Of a DNA stretch of 64,000 nucleotides, positions 27,745 to 43,269 are shown piece after piece. The notes under the pieces are model-generated. The model saw only the letters and a program-made list of their open reading frames with translations. It ran no database searches and was not told the origin of the DNA. A program made the translations under genes and the position numbers. Each line of letters opens with the position of its first letter. The stretch's first letter is position 1. Source of the stretch: the human T2T-CHM13v2.0 reference genome, Homo sapiens. The stretch lies in NCBI RefSeq assembly GCF_009914755.1, contig NC_060932.1; one strand, 5' to 3'.

Positions 27745-29389
27745 AAGATACTTCTTTATAGATTAAAAAATATATATATTATTACTCTTTAAACAAAGGG
27801 AGGCTCAAGGGTATGGCAACAAGTCATACCCAAAAATTACAATTATGAACATTCTTTGTGTGGGAGACAAAAAGTTAATATCTTTCCTTTTTAATCAAAC
27901 TTTATAACACAGAATCAAGAGAAAGAATAAAACACACGTGCCCAAAGGATAATGTTTGGTTTTTACAGAAAATTATAAGCTCTTGAAAGAGAAAGGGCTT
28001 ACAAGAAAACTACCATTTTTCCCTAATTATAGTAGTGCTACTTTATCTACTTGTTCTATGAATGTATTTTTGGTACCTTGTTTTAAGATTCAGAATATGT
28101 TATAACATCAACAATGAACTCATGTGCTAGTGTTCTTAGGAATGGCTATACTTCAAAATAAAATACAGTAAAAGGAGCCAAAATTAACAAAATGATAGCT
28201 GTTTCTCAATTTCCTTTCAGGATTTTTCAAAATACAAGGCTTAATAAAACCTACCTCGCTTAAGAGAAGGAATACATCTATTCAAGACCAACTATTCTTA
28301 TATTAGTCTCTAACCAGGTTTCTATTTAAAATAAGACATGCTGTCATCATGGTGACTGTCAAGATAGGTAGGTCTTACTGGTCAGACATGGATTAACCCA
28401 CTAGACCTGATGGATCATGGCCTTCAAACTGGCTTATGGCTGGGAGGCAAACAAGTGCAAGAAAGGCCTAACAGCCAAGGCAATATAATATATATTAAAT
28501 TGAAATGAGAAGCCAAGGACATTCAACTCTGTATGTAAACAGACTCTAAACAGGGACACTTAACAGACACACCCATCATGCCCTCCACAACACACTAAGC
28601 TTGCCTTTATCATATGATGCCTGCAACTTGTGTAGCAACTGTGTTTACTTGTCTGTTTCCACACTAAGGGAGCAACTGTTTGACACATCCCAATACCCTA
28701 AGTCCAAAGATAAGTGTGAAACAGCATAGATGTAAAATAAATGAGCAACAGAGAAGGCAGCAGATACAAAGCAAACAGATGTCACTATCTTCTCTCATTC
28801 CACATTTTGCCTCAAGAACCTGTCATCCTACAACTAGAAGAATAGTAAAATCCAGGTTTATTTTTTAAATGTTTAAATAATGTGAATCACTTAACCCCTT
28901 TGAATCTAAGTTCCCTCTTCTATAAAGGAAAAAAGACCAACTCTTAAGGTCCATTCAGCTAAATAATTTCAAAATCCTATAATGAAATATATTCTGGCAA
29001 TAGATCCTTGTTAATATTAACTTAATGCTTCTATGTGATCAATCATCATGCTCGTATCTGAAACCAGAGTTGTACTTTTTACTGCTATGCTAGTCAATTG
29101 CCACATGGACTCATAAAAGGAAAACAATCCACAAAGCACTATTTTTGAAAACATCTGTAACATCTATAATTGCATAACAAGTCTTAGTAAAATTAAAAAG
29201 ATATAAAATGGTATTTGCTCTAGATAACCTAGACTTGCTTTTGCTAGAGACTTGCTGGGATTTTTTTTAATCAGGGAAAATAAATTGTTTACCCTCATGT
29301 TTCTTGGCCAACTAGAAATCCAAGTTGCTAGTATTTAGTTTGCTAACGTTTCACAGCTAAGTTCACATTTCTGAAAGTCCACAGCAACA

Positions 29390-29970
29390 TTTCCATCTAA
29401 TGATCACAACACCTCTGTTTTAAAACCCTCCAGTGGCTTCTCTCTGCACCTAGAATAAAATCCATTCTTCTTATTGTGGCTTGTAAGACCCTACACTAGC
29501 TGGTCCTCTCTGACTTCTCCACTACTTGCAATCAGCACCTCTAGGCTTCATTCAATTCTCTCAATTTGTCACATTTTTCTCACTTTAGAGGCTTTGCACT
29601 ATCTCTTCTCTCTGCCAGGAAACTTTTTCACTCAGATCTTCACATGCCTAGTTTCTCCAAAATCCTAAGGGCATTTCTACTCAAATGTCACCTTTTTAAA
29701 GAGGTCTTCCCTGACTACTTAGTCTGAAGTGGGCTTTCACCACAGCAATTCTTTATTACCACGCACTCTTTGATTTTCTTTACACTTCTTACTACAATCT
29801 GAAATTGTTTAGTTTATTCCTTTCCTTGTTTATCTTCCTCTTCTGTCAGAACAGCCAACATAGAGGTTCTGTAAGAATAGGAATGTTGCCTATCTTTTCA
29901 CTCCTCTAATTCCAGAGTCTGGAACAGTGTCTGGCATATAGTGAGTGTCAAATATTTACTGAATAAATAA
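29390..29970 (+). mobile_element. L2 3' fragment
   Basis: aaaaccctccagtggcttc...aaatgtcacctt...gaggtcttccctgac...acagtgtctggcatatag...aatatttactgaataaat. Confidence 0.7.
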
Positions 29971-30575
29971 AAATATAGTAAAGGGAGCTGCATCTATTTA
30001 GCAGCACTAGTCCAGGCTCTTTACACAAAGCATCTCATTTAACTTCATGACAATTCCACAGGAGGTGGATATTACTCTACTTTACAGATGAGGAACTAGG
30101 ACTCAAAGAAATTAAATGACTTTATCAAAGAAAGAGACTAGCATAAAGGTCATACCTAAAATATGAACCTTAACTTCTCTCCCAAACTTCCTATATCTCT
30201 GTTTTTGGTAACATGTCTATTTTGCCAATTATGCTCTAAATTGACCTAGAATTTTAATCTCTAAAATATTTAAGGACTGTTACAATCCTGTGATGAAAAA
30301 AACAACCAGAACATGGCCCAGAAAAATAAGACAAGACTCTTGAAATGAAATTGCCATTTCTGTCAGATGATTCCAGTAAAAAGAAAAAAAAAAAAGTGAG
30401 AGATTAAGTAACAACATTAGGACTTTTCTTTAAAAAATTCGTATTTTTAAAGGATACGTCTAAAAATAGAGGGTAATCCTAATTTCAAATGAAAAGGCTG
30501 CTAGTCATATGAGTTTAATAATGAAAAGAAGGCTAAAGTATTTTTTAAAAAGCAATAGTGAACTAGCATCAATCA

Positions 30576-30920
<345 letters not shown>

Positions 30921-30947
30921 TTAAAATATGAAATATTCAGGGATTGC

Positions 30948-31293
30948 AATGATATTAATAGTTAATTTAATGTGTCAACTTGGCTAGGCTATGCTGCCCA
31001 GCTGATCAAACACTAGTCTAGCTATTGCTATTCTGTAGATGTGATTAACGATAACAATCAGTTGACATTAAGAAAAAGAGCTCTCCTCCATAACATGGGT
31101 GGGCCTCATCCAATCAAATGAGGCCTTCAGAGCAAAACCAGATAACCTAAGGAAGAAGGAATTCTATCTCAAGACTGTAAGAGAAATCCTGCCTAAGGTT
31201 CCATCCTGCCTGCCAATTCTATGAATTTTGGACTTGCCACCCACCACAATCACGAGCCAATTTCTTAAAATCAATCTCTCTGTCTCTCTCTCT

Positions 31294-31346
<53 letters not shown>

Positions 31347-31381
31347 CACCCTTATTGTTTCTCTGCAGAACCCAACTTACA
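30948..31381 (+). mobile_element. MLT2 (ERVL) LTR containing a (CT)n(CA)n microsatellite at ~31275-31342
   Basis: gttaatttaatgtgtcaacttggctaggc...ggtgggcctcatccaatca...tgtttctctgcagaacc. Confidence 0.8.
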
Positions 31382-31384
31382 GAG

Positions 31385-32995
31385 GCATATACGAGACCAA
31401 AATATAAAAGACTTGCATCCTATAAACTACCAAACATTACTGAGAGAAATTAATGAAGCTCTAAACCAAGTGCTATACCATGTTCATGGGTCAGAAGACT
31501 CAATAATTTTAAAATGTCAATTCTTTCCAAATTGACCTACAGATTCACTGCAATTCCAATCAAAACGTCAAGCAAGCTTTTTAAAAAAACTGACACTTAT
31601 TCTAAAATTCATAAGGAAATGTAAAATACCTAGACTAGCAAAAATAACTTTGAAAAAAAGAAAATTGGAAGACTACATGATTTCAACACTGAATAATCAA
31701 CGCAGTGCAGCACTGGTGTCAAGATCAACAAATACCTCAATGGAACAAAATCGAGTCCAAAATAGAACTACTACATATATAAAGTCAACTGATTATTCAC
31801 AGGGGGAAAAGGGAATTCAATAGAAAAAGGATAAATTTTCAACAAATGGTGTCTTAAGAACATCCAGATAGAAAAGTTTTCTATACTCAAAACTTAACTC
31901 AAAATGGATCACTATATTTAGATAGAAAACCTAAAACTACAGGGAGAAAGCACAGGAGAAAACCTTTGTTGACCTTGAATTACGCAAAAAAAACATTTTT
32001 AGATACAGTACCAAAAGTACAATCCATAAAAGAACTGATAAATTAGATATCAAAATTAAAACCTTTGCCCTTCAAAAGACATTGTTAAGAGAATGAAGAG
32101 ACAAACCATAGACTGGAAAAATATTTGCAAATCATAAATCTGATAAAGGATTTATACATAAGAACCCTCAGAATGCAGTAAGAAAACAACCAACCAGATT
32201 TTTTTAACGGGTAAAAGATTTGAACAGATGCTTCCCAAAAGAGAAAGGGATGGCAAATAAACATATGCAAGGATGCTAACCATCAGCAGTCATTAGAGAA
32301 ATGCAAATTAAAACCACCACTACTCACTAATTAGAATGGCAATAATTAAAAAGACTGACTGCACCAAATGATAGCATAATGCTGGTGGGAATGTAAAATG
32401 GTACTGCCACTTTGGAAAACCACTGGCAGTTTAAGAAGAAACTAGGTAGGTATAGAACATATAGCTACCATATGATTCAGTCATTCTACTCCTAGGTGTA
32501 TGCCCAGAGAAATGAAAAGTTTATGTCCATACAAAGACATGTACATACATATTCATAGAAGCTTTACTTTAAAAGTCAAACACTGGAATCAACCCAAATA
32601 GATTATCAAAAGGTGAATGGATACACAAAATGTGGTATATCCATACAATGGAATACTACTTACCAATAAGAAAGAGTAACTATTGGTGCATGGTACAACA
32701 CGGATGAATGTCCAAATAATGCTGGGTGAAAGTAGCCAGACAAAAGGAGTGCATATTGTATTCTAAGACATGCATGCCAATGTAAAGTAAAAGAAAACAG
32801 ATAATGGTTGCCTAGAGAATGCAGGGGAGGGTTATCAAGGGACATCAGAAAACTTTTGGGGGTATATGTTTAGTGTCTTGACTGTGGTGATGGTCTCATG
32901 GATAAACACGTCAAAACTTAACAAACTGCACATTGTAATATATGCCATTTATTGTATAACAACTATATGTCAATAAAATTGTTTCAATAAAAATA
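31385..32995 (+). mobile_element. Old L1 (L1M-type) ORF2 3' part and 3' UTR
   Basis: gaaatgcaaattaaaaccac, atccatacaatggaatactact, ending aataaaa. Confidence 0.85.
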
Positions 32996-33076
32996 GAGAC
33001 TTGCCGAAAGTGTTAAGGACAATAAAAAGACTTAAATACATTCTCAACAACAACAAACAAAAGCCAGGTTACTTAC

Positions 33077-33136
33077 TTGCAATAAAACTGCTAACAGATA
33101 ACCTACATAATTGTTTTACTCCTGCCTTGAATCGGT
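33077..33136 (-). other. Candidate 60-nt internal exon
   Basis: ~55-nt polypyrimidine tract ending cccactcccag| and donor CAA|GTAAGT. Confidence 0.45.
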
Positions 33137-35189
33137 CTGGGAGTGGGAAGGGGAAGAGGAAGGGGGTGAAGGAAAAAAAAAAGGAAAAAAAAGAATGATC
33201 TTTTAATCTGTGAAGGATACGGATTAAAAGAAAAATCAAAGTCCAAGATAGGAAGGAGACAGCAAAAGAAAAGTAATCACTTTTAATTCATGTTTATAGG
33301 TCAAGAAAAATATTATCCCAAGACATTAAATGTATCTGCAGATTTGGTAATTTCCAAGGAATCACAATGAAACGCCATGAGAACTGCCGGATTTACCACC
33401 CCCCCCCCCCCCGCCCCCCAACACACCACAAAAGCTCTGATTAATAAGGAACTGGTTTCTCTGACATTACATTTGCTCCCGCTCCTCCAATATTCTAATT
33501 AACTACACCTTCTCTGACTTCTTTCTGGGCTCCTATTCCACTTGTCCCTTAAATATTGGTGCTCTTCAGATCCTTGTTCTACTTCTAGTCTCACTCTTCA
33601 ACAGGGTTTACAACCTTCCAGGGGAGTTTTTGATTTCCTTTGATAATATGATGAAAGCTAGGGACCAGAACAATGTATATTTACATAAAATTTTACATGT
33701 AATTATTTCAAAGGTTTCAAAACTCTTCTGAACCTTGGCCATGTATGTATTCCTTAGCTTCTCACGGGGGGAAGAAAAAAAAAAAGATTCCTTTTGGAAT
33801 CCCAGCCAAGGCTTTGTTTCTTTAAAATCCCATGCAGAGTGAGAAGCACACATAGACATGACAATGGGAAATTTAAATGCTCACAAATAAAATTCACATA
33901 GAATCTAGGACATCATGATATCTTTCTGGATAATAGAGAAACAGTTTAACTGGGTATATTCTTAGCTTGCTATTAAATGCTGATTAATAGATTTATGAAG
34001 GAAGCTCATAATCACAATTCTGTAGAAGTTCATCCTCTTAAATGTTTGTTTTAAAAAAGGTGATTTGAATGAGGGCATAGAAAATATGCCTATCAAATTT
34101 TGGACAATAAGAGGTTGTGACAGTGAGTAGTGGATCACAAACCCAGGGTTTAAAACATATTGACTGATTCAGCCTAGGGATGAGATGGAGGTCAGGAAAG
34201 ATCCTCAACTTCAAAGATCCTTATGTAATATTACTCTCCTTTTCCTCAACTCCCAATAACCTGTGGAAATGTAATACATCTACCAAGACTGTAAGCTCCT
34301 TTAGGACAATGCCCAAGTCTTATCATCATCATACAGCACCTTGAGTGATGCCAGTATCATCGCTTGAACTATATTCTGCTATGGTAACAAATGTCCAAAA
34401 TCATGGTGCCTTACAGCACAGTATTTATCTCACACTTATATGCTTATCACAGATTGGCTTCAGCTCTGCTCCATTATTCTGGGACCAGCCATAGCTAAGT
34501 CATGCTGGTTCCATGACAGAGGGTCAAGGGCCACTGGCAGAACCACAGGATGAAAAATATCTGCTCAAACATGGGACATGTCACTTTAACATTTTATTGG
34601 TCAAGGAAAGCCAAATGGTCAAACCTGATGTCAACAGAATAAGAAGTATAATCCGACTACAGAAAGAACCCTGATAGAGAGAAGCAATAAATATTTTTGA
34701 AATAATAGTCTACCACAGTGCCTTCCTTATGAAAAGTGCCTAGTAATTGGTAGTATTTATACACCAGATCATAAACACAAGGATAGAGACTGTAATGTGT
34801 CTCGCCCCTGACACACCAGCACCACATGGTGCCTACCATATATGAATGGACACACTAAATGCATATTAAGTGAATGAATAATGATGAGATGAGCATGAGA
34901 TCTGGAATCAAAAAGCTTGCAATGAAGTTCTACATGTGCCAATTCTAGACTTAGTGGAAAGTCAGTTTTTCTGATTCTCAGATGGTTGTTGTGAAGATTA
35001 AATAGATGTGAAAACACCATGAAAACTGTGCTATTTTATACAAATGGTGATATCTTCAGATATATAAATTCATTTAAAGTTTTATAGTAATGCAATACAT
35101 AATATCCTACATTTACTTTCAAAGCATCAACTGGCAAGTAAAGAGTGACAAAGATTAGACTTAAAGTAATTCACATGAAAAAAAGACAA

Positions 35190-35600
35190 GTTTTAGTTGA
35201 TTATAAGCTGAATGTGATCAAAGGGTAATGTGGCTGCCAAAAAAATGCAATGCAAATTTCAGACTACATTAATAGAAACACAGTATCCTAGATAATAGCT
35301 TCACTGTATTCAGCAATGGTCAGACCACATCGGAAGTAGTCAGTTCAGTTCTGGCCACTGTATTTTCAGAGGTAAACTGACAAAAACTTTGTCATGAGTA
35401 GAGCGATATAGATGGGGAAAGGTCTGTAAACCATGTCACATGCATGCGGTTTAAAAAAAAAAAAGAATTTTTTCCCTCAGTTTGGCAAAAAAGAAGACTG
35501 AAGTAGAACAGTCATTTTCAAATACTTAAGAGTTATTGTGTACAAGAATAAGAAGTTTCACATACATAGTCCTAGATTTCCAAGAACGAGTAAGAGAGGA
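35190..35600 (+). mobile_element. L3/CR1 LINE fragment
   Basis: aagctgaatgtga...gtggctgccaaaaaa...ggtcagaccacat...gttcagttctgg. Confidence 0.55.
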
Positions 35601-36007
35601 AATACATTTAGCTCAATGAAAAGCTGTTTCTATGAGAAACCTAAAACAAGGAAAAGTGGATGAAAACATGGTTAGAAATGCACTTGAGGAGATCAAATTG
35701 GGTGTGAGTCCTATAAATCTAACTCACTCCTCTGTGTAACCAAACATTTTTGAGGCATATGAAAAGGCCCAAACAGCATTTCTTTTCTAATTAAATAACA
35801 ACAACAAGGAAAAACAAAGGTAAGAAGTAAAACAAGAAGTTGTTTGGTCTAATAAACATGGAAACGCATGCTGTTGAGGGAAATGAAATTTTAACAATAG
35901 ATAACATTAAAGATAGATACAGCGTCTTGGGTTTTTATAGAGAAAACCGGTTTAATCAAAATTGTATTTATTCTAGAATTTATTTTTCCTAATATGACCT
36001 AACTCAC

Positions 36008-36054
36008 CATTTTCAGGGGAAATGCAAAACCTATTTTAAAAGTTCCTACGACGG
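36008..36054 (-). other. Candidate 47-nt internal exon
   Basis: Acceptor cttaatattaacaaatttttttctcaacag| and donor ATG|GTGAGT. Confidence 0.45.
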
Positions 36055-37289
36055 CTGTTGAGAAAAAAATTTGTTAATATTAAGAGTTAGTGTTCAAATT
36101 ACAAGACAATATTAGTATACTGACCAATCGTATAAGCATTCAAATTTCCCATGGTAGACTATTACACAGCATGTCACTGGCATTGAAAAATGATCCCTTG
36201 CTAAGTCTTCCTTTATTTCCTGGCACTATTCAAAATCCAGCACTTTTCCAGTCTCCATTCCCAGCTTCCAAATTCCCATATGTTCTCTGCATACTCTGGA
36301 CACCCTAGTAGGTCATAAGTAATAAAGATAAGTACCCGATTTAGCTTTATATCCCAGCCCCTCATCTTCAACTCACAGCTTGCATAAAAAACACTAAAAT
36401 TTATTAAAATTTGAAAAATTTCTGATTTTCAAAACACATTTCCTTCCTATAATGAAAATTTTTTAAGTTACCCAAGTAACTTTGATTATATTTTAATTGT
36501 TATGAGAGCATAAGTGTGAGAAAGTAAAGGTGGGCTAGAAGGACAGATGGGGGATTATTACAAGAAATATACTTTTATAAAGAATACTTTATAAAATAAC
36601 TTGGAAAAAACTCTTCTTCCCTTAAATTTTTCTTTGTGTACTACATGTGCATATTTTCACAGGATTTAATAGGACATGGTCCCTGACACAAATTACTAAA
36701 GCCCTACCTACTTCTCTCACTGCAGGTATGCATCTTACAAAGTAAGATTAAAAAGCGGCTTCATTGACTTAGGAAAATTAACTTGCACATGCCTTTTTGG
36801 AATATAAATTCAGATTTTTAAAAAATCTATTCCCCCAAGCCAAAAAAGGAAAATGTGGGGGAAAAAAAGGGGAACATCTGTTCTCTACTAAGGAATATGA
36901 AAGTTTAGGACTGACTTAAAGTACAGGTTAAGGCTTAAGAACTTGCCACTGGAATTCTGTACTATTTCTCTTCCTGCTCTGTTGTGGACACTACCAACAC
37001 CTGGTCATGGGAACTCAATGATAAGCTCAGAAATCAGGAGAACTAGTTTCAAATCTCCCATGTCAATCCATCCAACGGGAACAGCCTACATTTCACTGGG
37101 AGACAGGACAATACCTCAGTAGAGATAGCAGTTTTGGAAAGTACTGAAACAGTTGCCAGTCTAAAACACAGTAACTAACTAAAAATCTTAAGTTTTAAAA
37201 AAATTAGATACTCAAGTATTAAAGCAATTATCTTTAAAAGATGAAAATGATGCACAATAAATATTGATTTAAGAAGCCACTTCAAATTA

Positions 37290-37530
37290 ATTACAGTTAA
37301 CATGTATTGAGTATTTTCTGTATGTCAGGCATTCTTTTAAGTGCTTATATACATTAATTCCTGGCTACTCTTCCCCACAGCCATATAAAGTAATATTATC
37401 ATTGTGTTCATTTTACTGATGAGAAAAAGGAGGTATAGAATGGTTAAGTAACTTGCCTAAGACAACACAGCTACTGAGAGACAGGAGAGTGATAGGAATT
37501 CAGGCAGGATAGCTCCAGGTTTCATTCTAC
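37290..37530 (-). mobile_element. MIR
   Basis: tattgagt...tcaggca...attttactgatgagaaa...gttaagtaacttgcctaag..cacagct. Confidence 0.7.
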
Positions 37531-39639
37531 CTTTAGAGTTGGTATTGCTGTATTACATATCTTGACACTTGAAGGCCCCTTTAAGTCTATCAGCTTTAAT
37601 CGCATATGAAATATTATCACAGGCAGCCAAGGCTGTATAGAATTATTAAAATGCTTTCACAATCAACTTTTAAGATCAGATCACTGAATCTAAGATATCA
37701 CTTAAGCCATTAGAATCTAATATAATTTAAAAAAATATTTTGGATTTATTATACTTCATGATAAGTGCAAATGGGTGCCTTTTATATATTTAGCATAATG
37801 TCGGACACTGTCACTAAAACTCTTTTGCACAGAACTAGATCTGGGATATTTTATTCACATTAGTGTTTATTAAAGTAATTTTACTACTTCTCAAATTCTA
37901 AATGCAATAATTCAACAGACATTTGAATACTGAATAAACACCAAGTAGTATGAATACAAGATAAATTAGATGGTCTCTGCTCTCAAGGGAGGCCACGGTT
38001 ACAAAACAATGTAATAACTGCTTTTATGGAAAGATGACCAAGGTTCCAAGGGAATTGAGTGCTGCCTAGCTCAAGTGAGAATGGTGGCAGTTCCATGTGC
38101 GAAGGCATGCAGATGTAAAAATAACATTTTCCTCTCAGGGAACATCAAACAATTTAAGTAGAATTAGAATGCAGGGTTTACATGGAAAGGAAAAAGTGAT
38201 CAGAGATAAAGAATAAAGTTGGAGCTAGGGAAAGAAAAGTCTTATCAGTCGTAATAACAATAAAAAAATAGCAAGGATTTAAGCAGGCAAGTGATAAGAG
38301 CAAATATGGTAACAATAGAGGCTATCGTATTTTTAAACAACAGAACCTTGCTCAACTGAAATACTATGCAAACTTCCACGCTTAAAATTAATCAAAATAA
38401 AACAGCACTGGTTGAAACCGGGATGAAATGCTTGACTTCCTCCAGCACACTCTCAGCAAGAGTTTCAAAATCACTGCTTTAGAAAGTAAAATTATTATCT
38501 CTACACAAATATGTTCTACTTACTTCATGCCTCTCCTGACATGATTCTAAGTGCTCAAGTACAATAATTCATTCTAGTAGTTGTTCATCAATTACAGAAG
38601 TAGTCATATACAGAACTAATCATATAGCATGAGATCTTCAAAATTAATGACAAAAAATTATAATACAGAAAAAAGAAGATAAAAATTACCAGCTTTTTCA
38701 CTCAAGTTAAAACTATAATTTAAATGAACACATTTTCTAACCTAAAAGTCAGAATTCATGGTTGGACAAATACTAGTGTATTTATGGGCACAGAATATTC
38801 AAAACTGGTACAGTGCAGTGCTGTAAGGCATAGAATGTAACTGGCATAAGTGTAATTTTTTTTCCAAGATTGGTAAACTTGAATTTTCCTAACAATGACC
38901 TTCTGTCTAAAAGCCCTTCTCCATCTATAACTATGGTGTCTATTCTTCCACCTTATAAAATTTGGAAATCTAAATGTGATTACTAAAAATGATCATCATT
39001 GTGAAACTGTTTGTCTTCCTTATTGCCATCTAATATTCCCAGCAATAACATGTAAAACTGGTTAAAGAGGTACATATGCCTCTCTTACAATTCACTACTC
39101 CTGACTCTTCACAGTGAGAAGCGTGAATTAAAAATCAAGGTTATAATCCTAGGGAAAAGGCATACAATGATTAGCTCAACATGTTTTAGAACGAAACAAT
39201 TACACTTACTTTATACAATCTAAACTAATCCCTATGATCTTTCTCTTTACCTTTACCCCCTTCCCTCCCAGTACTAACATTTGTGGGGAACACAATCACT
39301 CAGTCTTAAGAATTTTTAAAGAATCATCTGCTTTATAATTAACAGATTGAAAAGAAATGTTCAAAACAATGTTTAACACACAATAAGAGTTACACAAGGA
39401 TCTCAGATAGTTATATCTTTACTCCATCAGATAAAACATTAGAAAACAACAACCCTGGAGCACTCTATCAGCGCATTAGAAGTTCACTCACAGAATACGG
39501 CTGAAGACAAACTATTGACAATTACTAAAAGGAGAAAGGAGTGAGAGAAGCATACGCTACAAATTAAAGCTGTCAATACATCATTTGACCAATATGTGTA
39601 GTATATTTACTTACAGGCATACTTAAGAAATGGTCCTCA

Positions 39640-39951
<312 letters not shown>

Positions 39952-40926
39952 TTAATCAGTAACAATATGTCATTACAAGCAAAAAACCATTTCCATATGA
40001 TATTTACTCAATCGAACACTTGGCAATCAGTTCATTTCTGGGCACATTCCAGATTCCCTAAATTTGCAAAAAATAGCAAACGATTCAGCTATAAATTTGT
40101 TTGGGATAAAGACATCTCTGCACATTATAGTAAAAATAAATTACATCACCTGCTCCAACTAGTCATTTTACATAAACAGCTTAATAAATCACTCATTTCT
40201 ACTTCTTTCAACTACAAAAGTCTGAGGACTACCATATAATCACGAAGAACAAAACAACTTTTTTCTTTTAGAGAAGCTTGTTTATAAATCAAAATTAAAA
40301 CCTACTTAAAAGTAGTTCCACAGAAACATGTAAAAAATCCTCACATGTAAAATAAAAACAATCAAAACAATACCAGTATCACACATTTAACTATACATTC
40401 AATTTAATAGTAAAATTTCCACTCCATCTATTTAAGAGCATGTTTTTCAGGTCCTTTTGAAAAATATTCCACAGAGAAACAGATTTGTTTTTAAAAGACT
40501 GTACACCTTACTACATTGATTTTAACAATACAGCAAATAAATTTAACTTAGAACAAATGCCAACAGAGATATTAAATTATACATACTGTGCTTAGTTGTC
40601 CCCACAGGAATATAAAAATGTTCATAAACTTAAGATAAATTTATATTTCCCCTAGTTTGTGAAAATTGCAATAACCTTTCTATTTAGAGTAACCGATTAA
40701 ACTACATTTGGCAACTGAAATTCAAACAAAATTCTCAGATGAAACAGCTGGGAGAAAATAAACGGAACAGTTTTTACAAATGAACTTTGTATTGACGCTA
40801 TAGGTAAGATGATCCAACACCTAACAGTAGCATGAGTGGAATCAGGAAAACACAAACATGTAATAGTGAAAGAAAACCCTTTAGGGAGAAAAAGAAATTG
40901 CAATTTATAGGGTCACCCATGACTAA

Positions 40927-41267
<341 letters not shown>

Positions 41268-41316
41268 TAAGAACTGTTGCCTACAGTTCTGCAGATCACA
41301 AAATCTAAACTTTTTA

Positions 41317-41688
<372 letters not shown>

Positions 41689-41926
41689 CTAGTTAATATT
41701 ATTTTGAAACCCCAGTTTACATAAAGTATGGTGCACTAATGACTGCATTTTATTGAAAAGAACATTGGGAATAGAAAAATTAAGTGACATTTTAAAAGTG
41801 ACATTGGCTTAAATAATGAAATTGAGAACATAAATCAGTCTTCACTTCCAATTATAATTTCTAATCATTACCACTAGCCTCACGTATCTTGGCACAAATA
41901 TTTGTAAACTGCAGTAGTATACTCAC

Positions 41927-42279
41927 CTTTTTTACATGTATTTTTTAAAAATTGTAATTGTGTCCTCATTAATCATAAATCCAATGTAATGTACTTTTTA
42001 ATCTATGTTCTGAAATTAACAGTCATTTGAGACAGTCCCTTGGGATTTTTTAAAAAATGGAAAACACTTCTTTTAATATCATCTCTTCTTTAATCTTCAT
42101 TTTTACTCATTTGTTCAATTGAGGAACTAAGAGCCTGTACTAAAAAAATCAATGGCACCATTCAAGCTGTTCCTTCCATTTTTATAATATTCAATTATGC
42201 TAAGAGGTATGAAACCGTGCCCAGTATCCCGAAGTTGGGCTTTTGACCCATATTCAGTATTAAAATAATTTCTTGCTTT
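41927..42279 (-). other. Candidate internal exon
   Basis: Strong donor AAG|GTGAGT at 41927/41926. Possible acceptor ttttgttttgtttttatacattag at 42280 (alternative at 42010). Confidence 0.3.
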
Positions 42280-43074
42280 CTAATGTATAAAAACAAAACA
42301 AAATACTATTAAGCATTCTGAAGATATTTTTTACTTCTTGTATGCCCTGATGCTTAGCTCTTATCCTTCAAACCCCTTCTCTAAGAATAAAATTTCTCGA
42401 AAACTAGGAAAAGGTGAAGGCGTCACTGTTACCCAAGCCAGGCATGAACAGTATAAATCAAATGAAACTTGATTAGTTATCCTTAATAAAGTTTGCAGCT
42501 ACTTCCTCCCTTTCCTCCTTATCCCCACATGAAGTACGAACTAACCCACAAATAAGTTCTCCTATTAACTCACATTCCTTTTTTTTCTACATAAGCAAAG
42601 CAAAATGATTTCTGAATTAAACTTCCCAAGTACTTCATTCATCATCTCCTGCAATTCCAAATAAACGCAAATGCATTAACACAAAGGGAAAAAACTCCTT
42701 TGAAAGAATACATAGTTGTTCTTTTACCAAAATAGCATTTTTCACAAGTGACTCAAACAGAATTACAGCTTAGGAAAATCAAGCCTTTAATTCTGAAGAA
42801 TAATTTGCACCTACAGAAAATTTCAAGGTAACGGTTTTTACTGCTTGTGGACTTTAGACCAAATCTACTTATTTTGATTTTGCTGAAGTTTGGGTATAAC
42901 TGCTTGTTGGCCTCTGCTGGGGGACCACTGTCCTAGTGAGAGTGTCTGACAACAAGGTGCTTTTGATACTCCACTAACTAAACTACCTTGGATGAGGTTC
43001 CTGACAAACCTGATCATAAAGTTTTACTCAATGGTGAAAAGCATTTTAATTAGGCTTCAATGTACTCCTTAAAT

Positions 43075-43269
43075 CAGGCTTGTCCAACCCATGGCCCAGG
43101 ACAGCTTTGAATGAGGCCCAACACAAATGTGTAAACTTTCTAAAAATATGAAATTTTTGTTGCAATTTTTTAAGCTCATTAGTTATTGTTAATGCATTTG
43201 ATGTGTGGCCCAAGACAATTCTTCTTCTTCCAACGTGGCCCGGGGAGGCCAAAAGATTGGACACCGCTG
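43075..43269 (+). mobile_element. MER30 hAT-Charlie MITE
   Basis: TIRs cagg..tgtccaa / ttggacac..ctg and perfect 8-bp TSD ccttaaat. Confidence 0.88.

Noticed and set aside
33399-33419. Poly-C tract (and poly-G at ~7607-7617)
   Set aside because: Simple mononucleotide runs with no further evidence of function.
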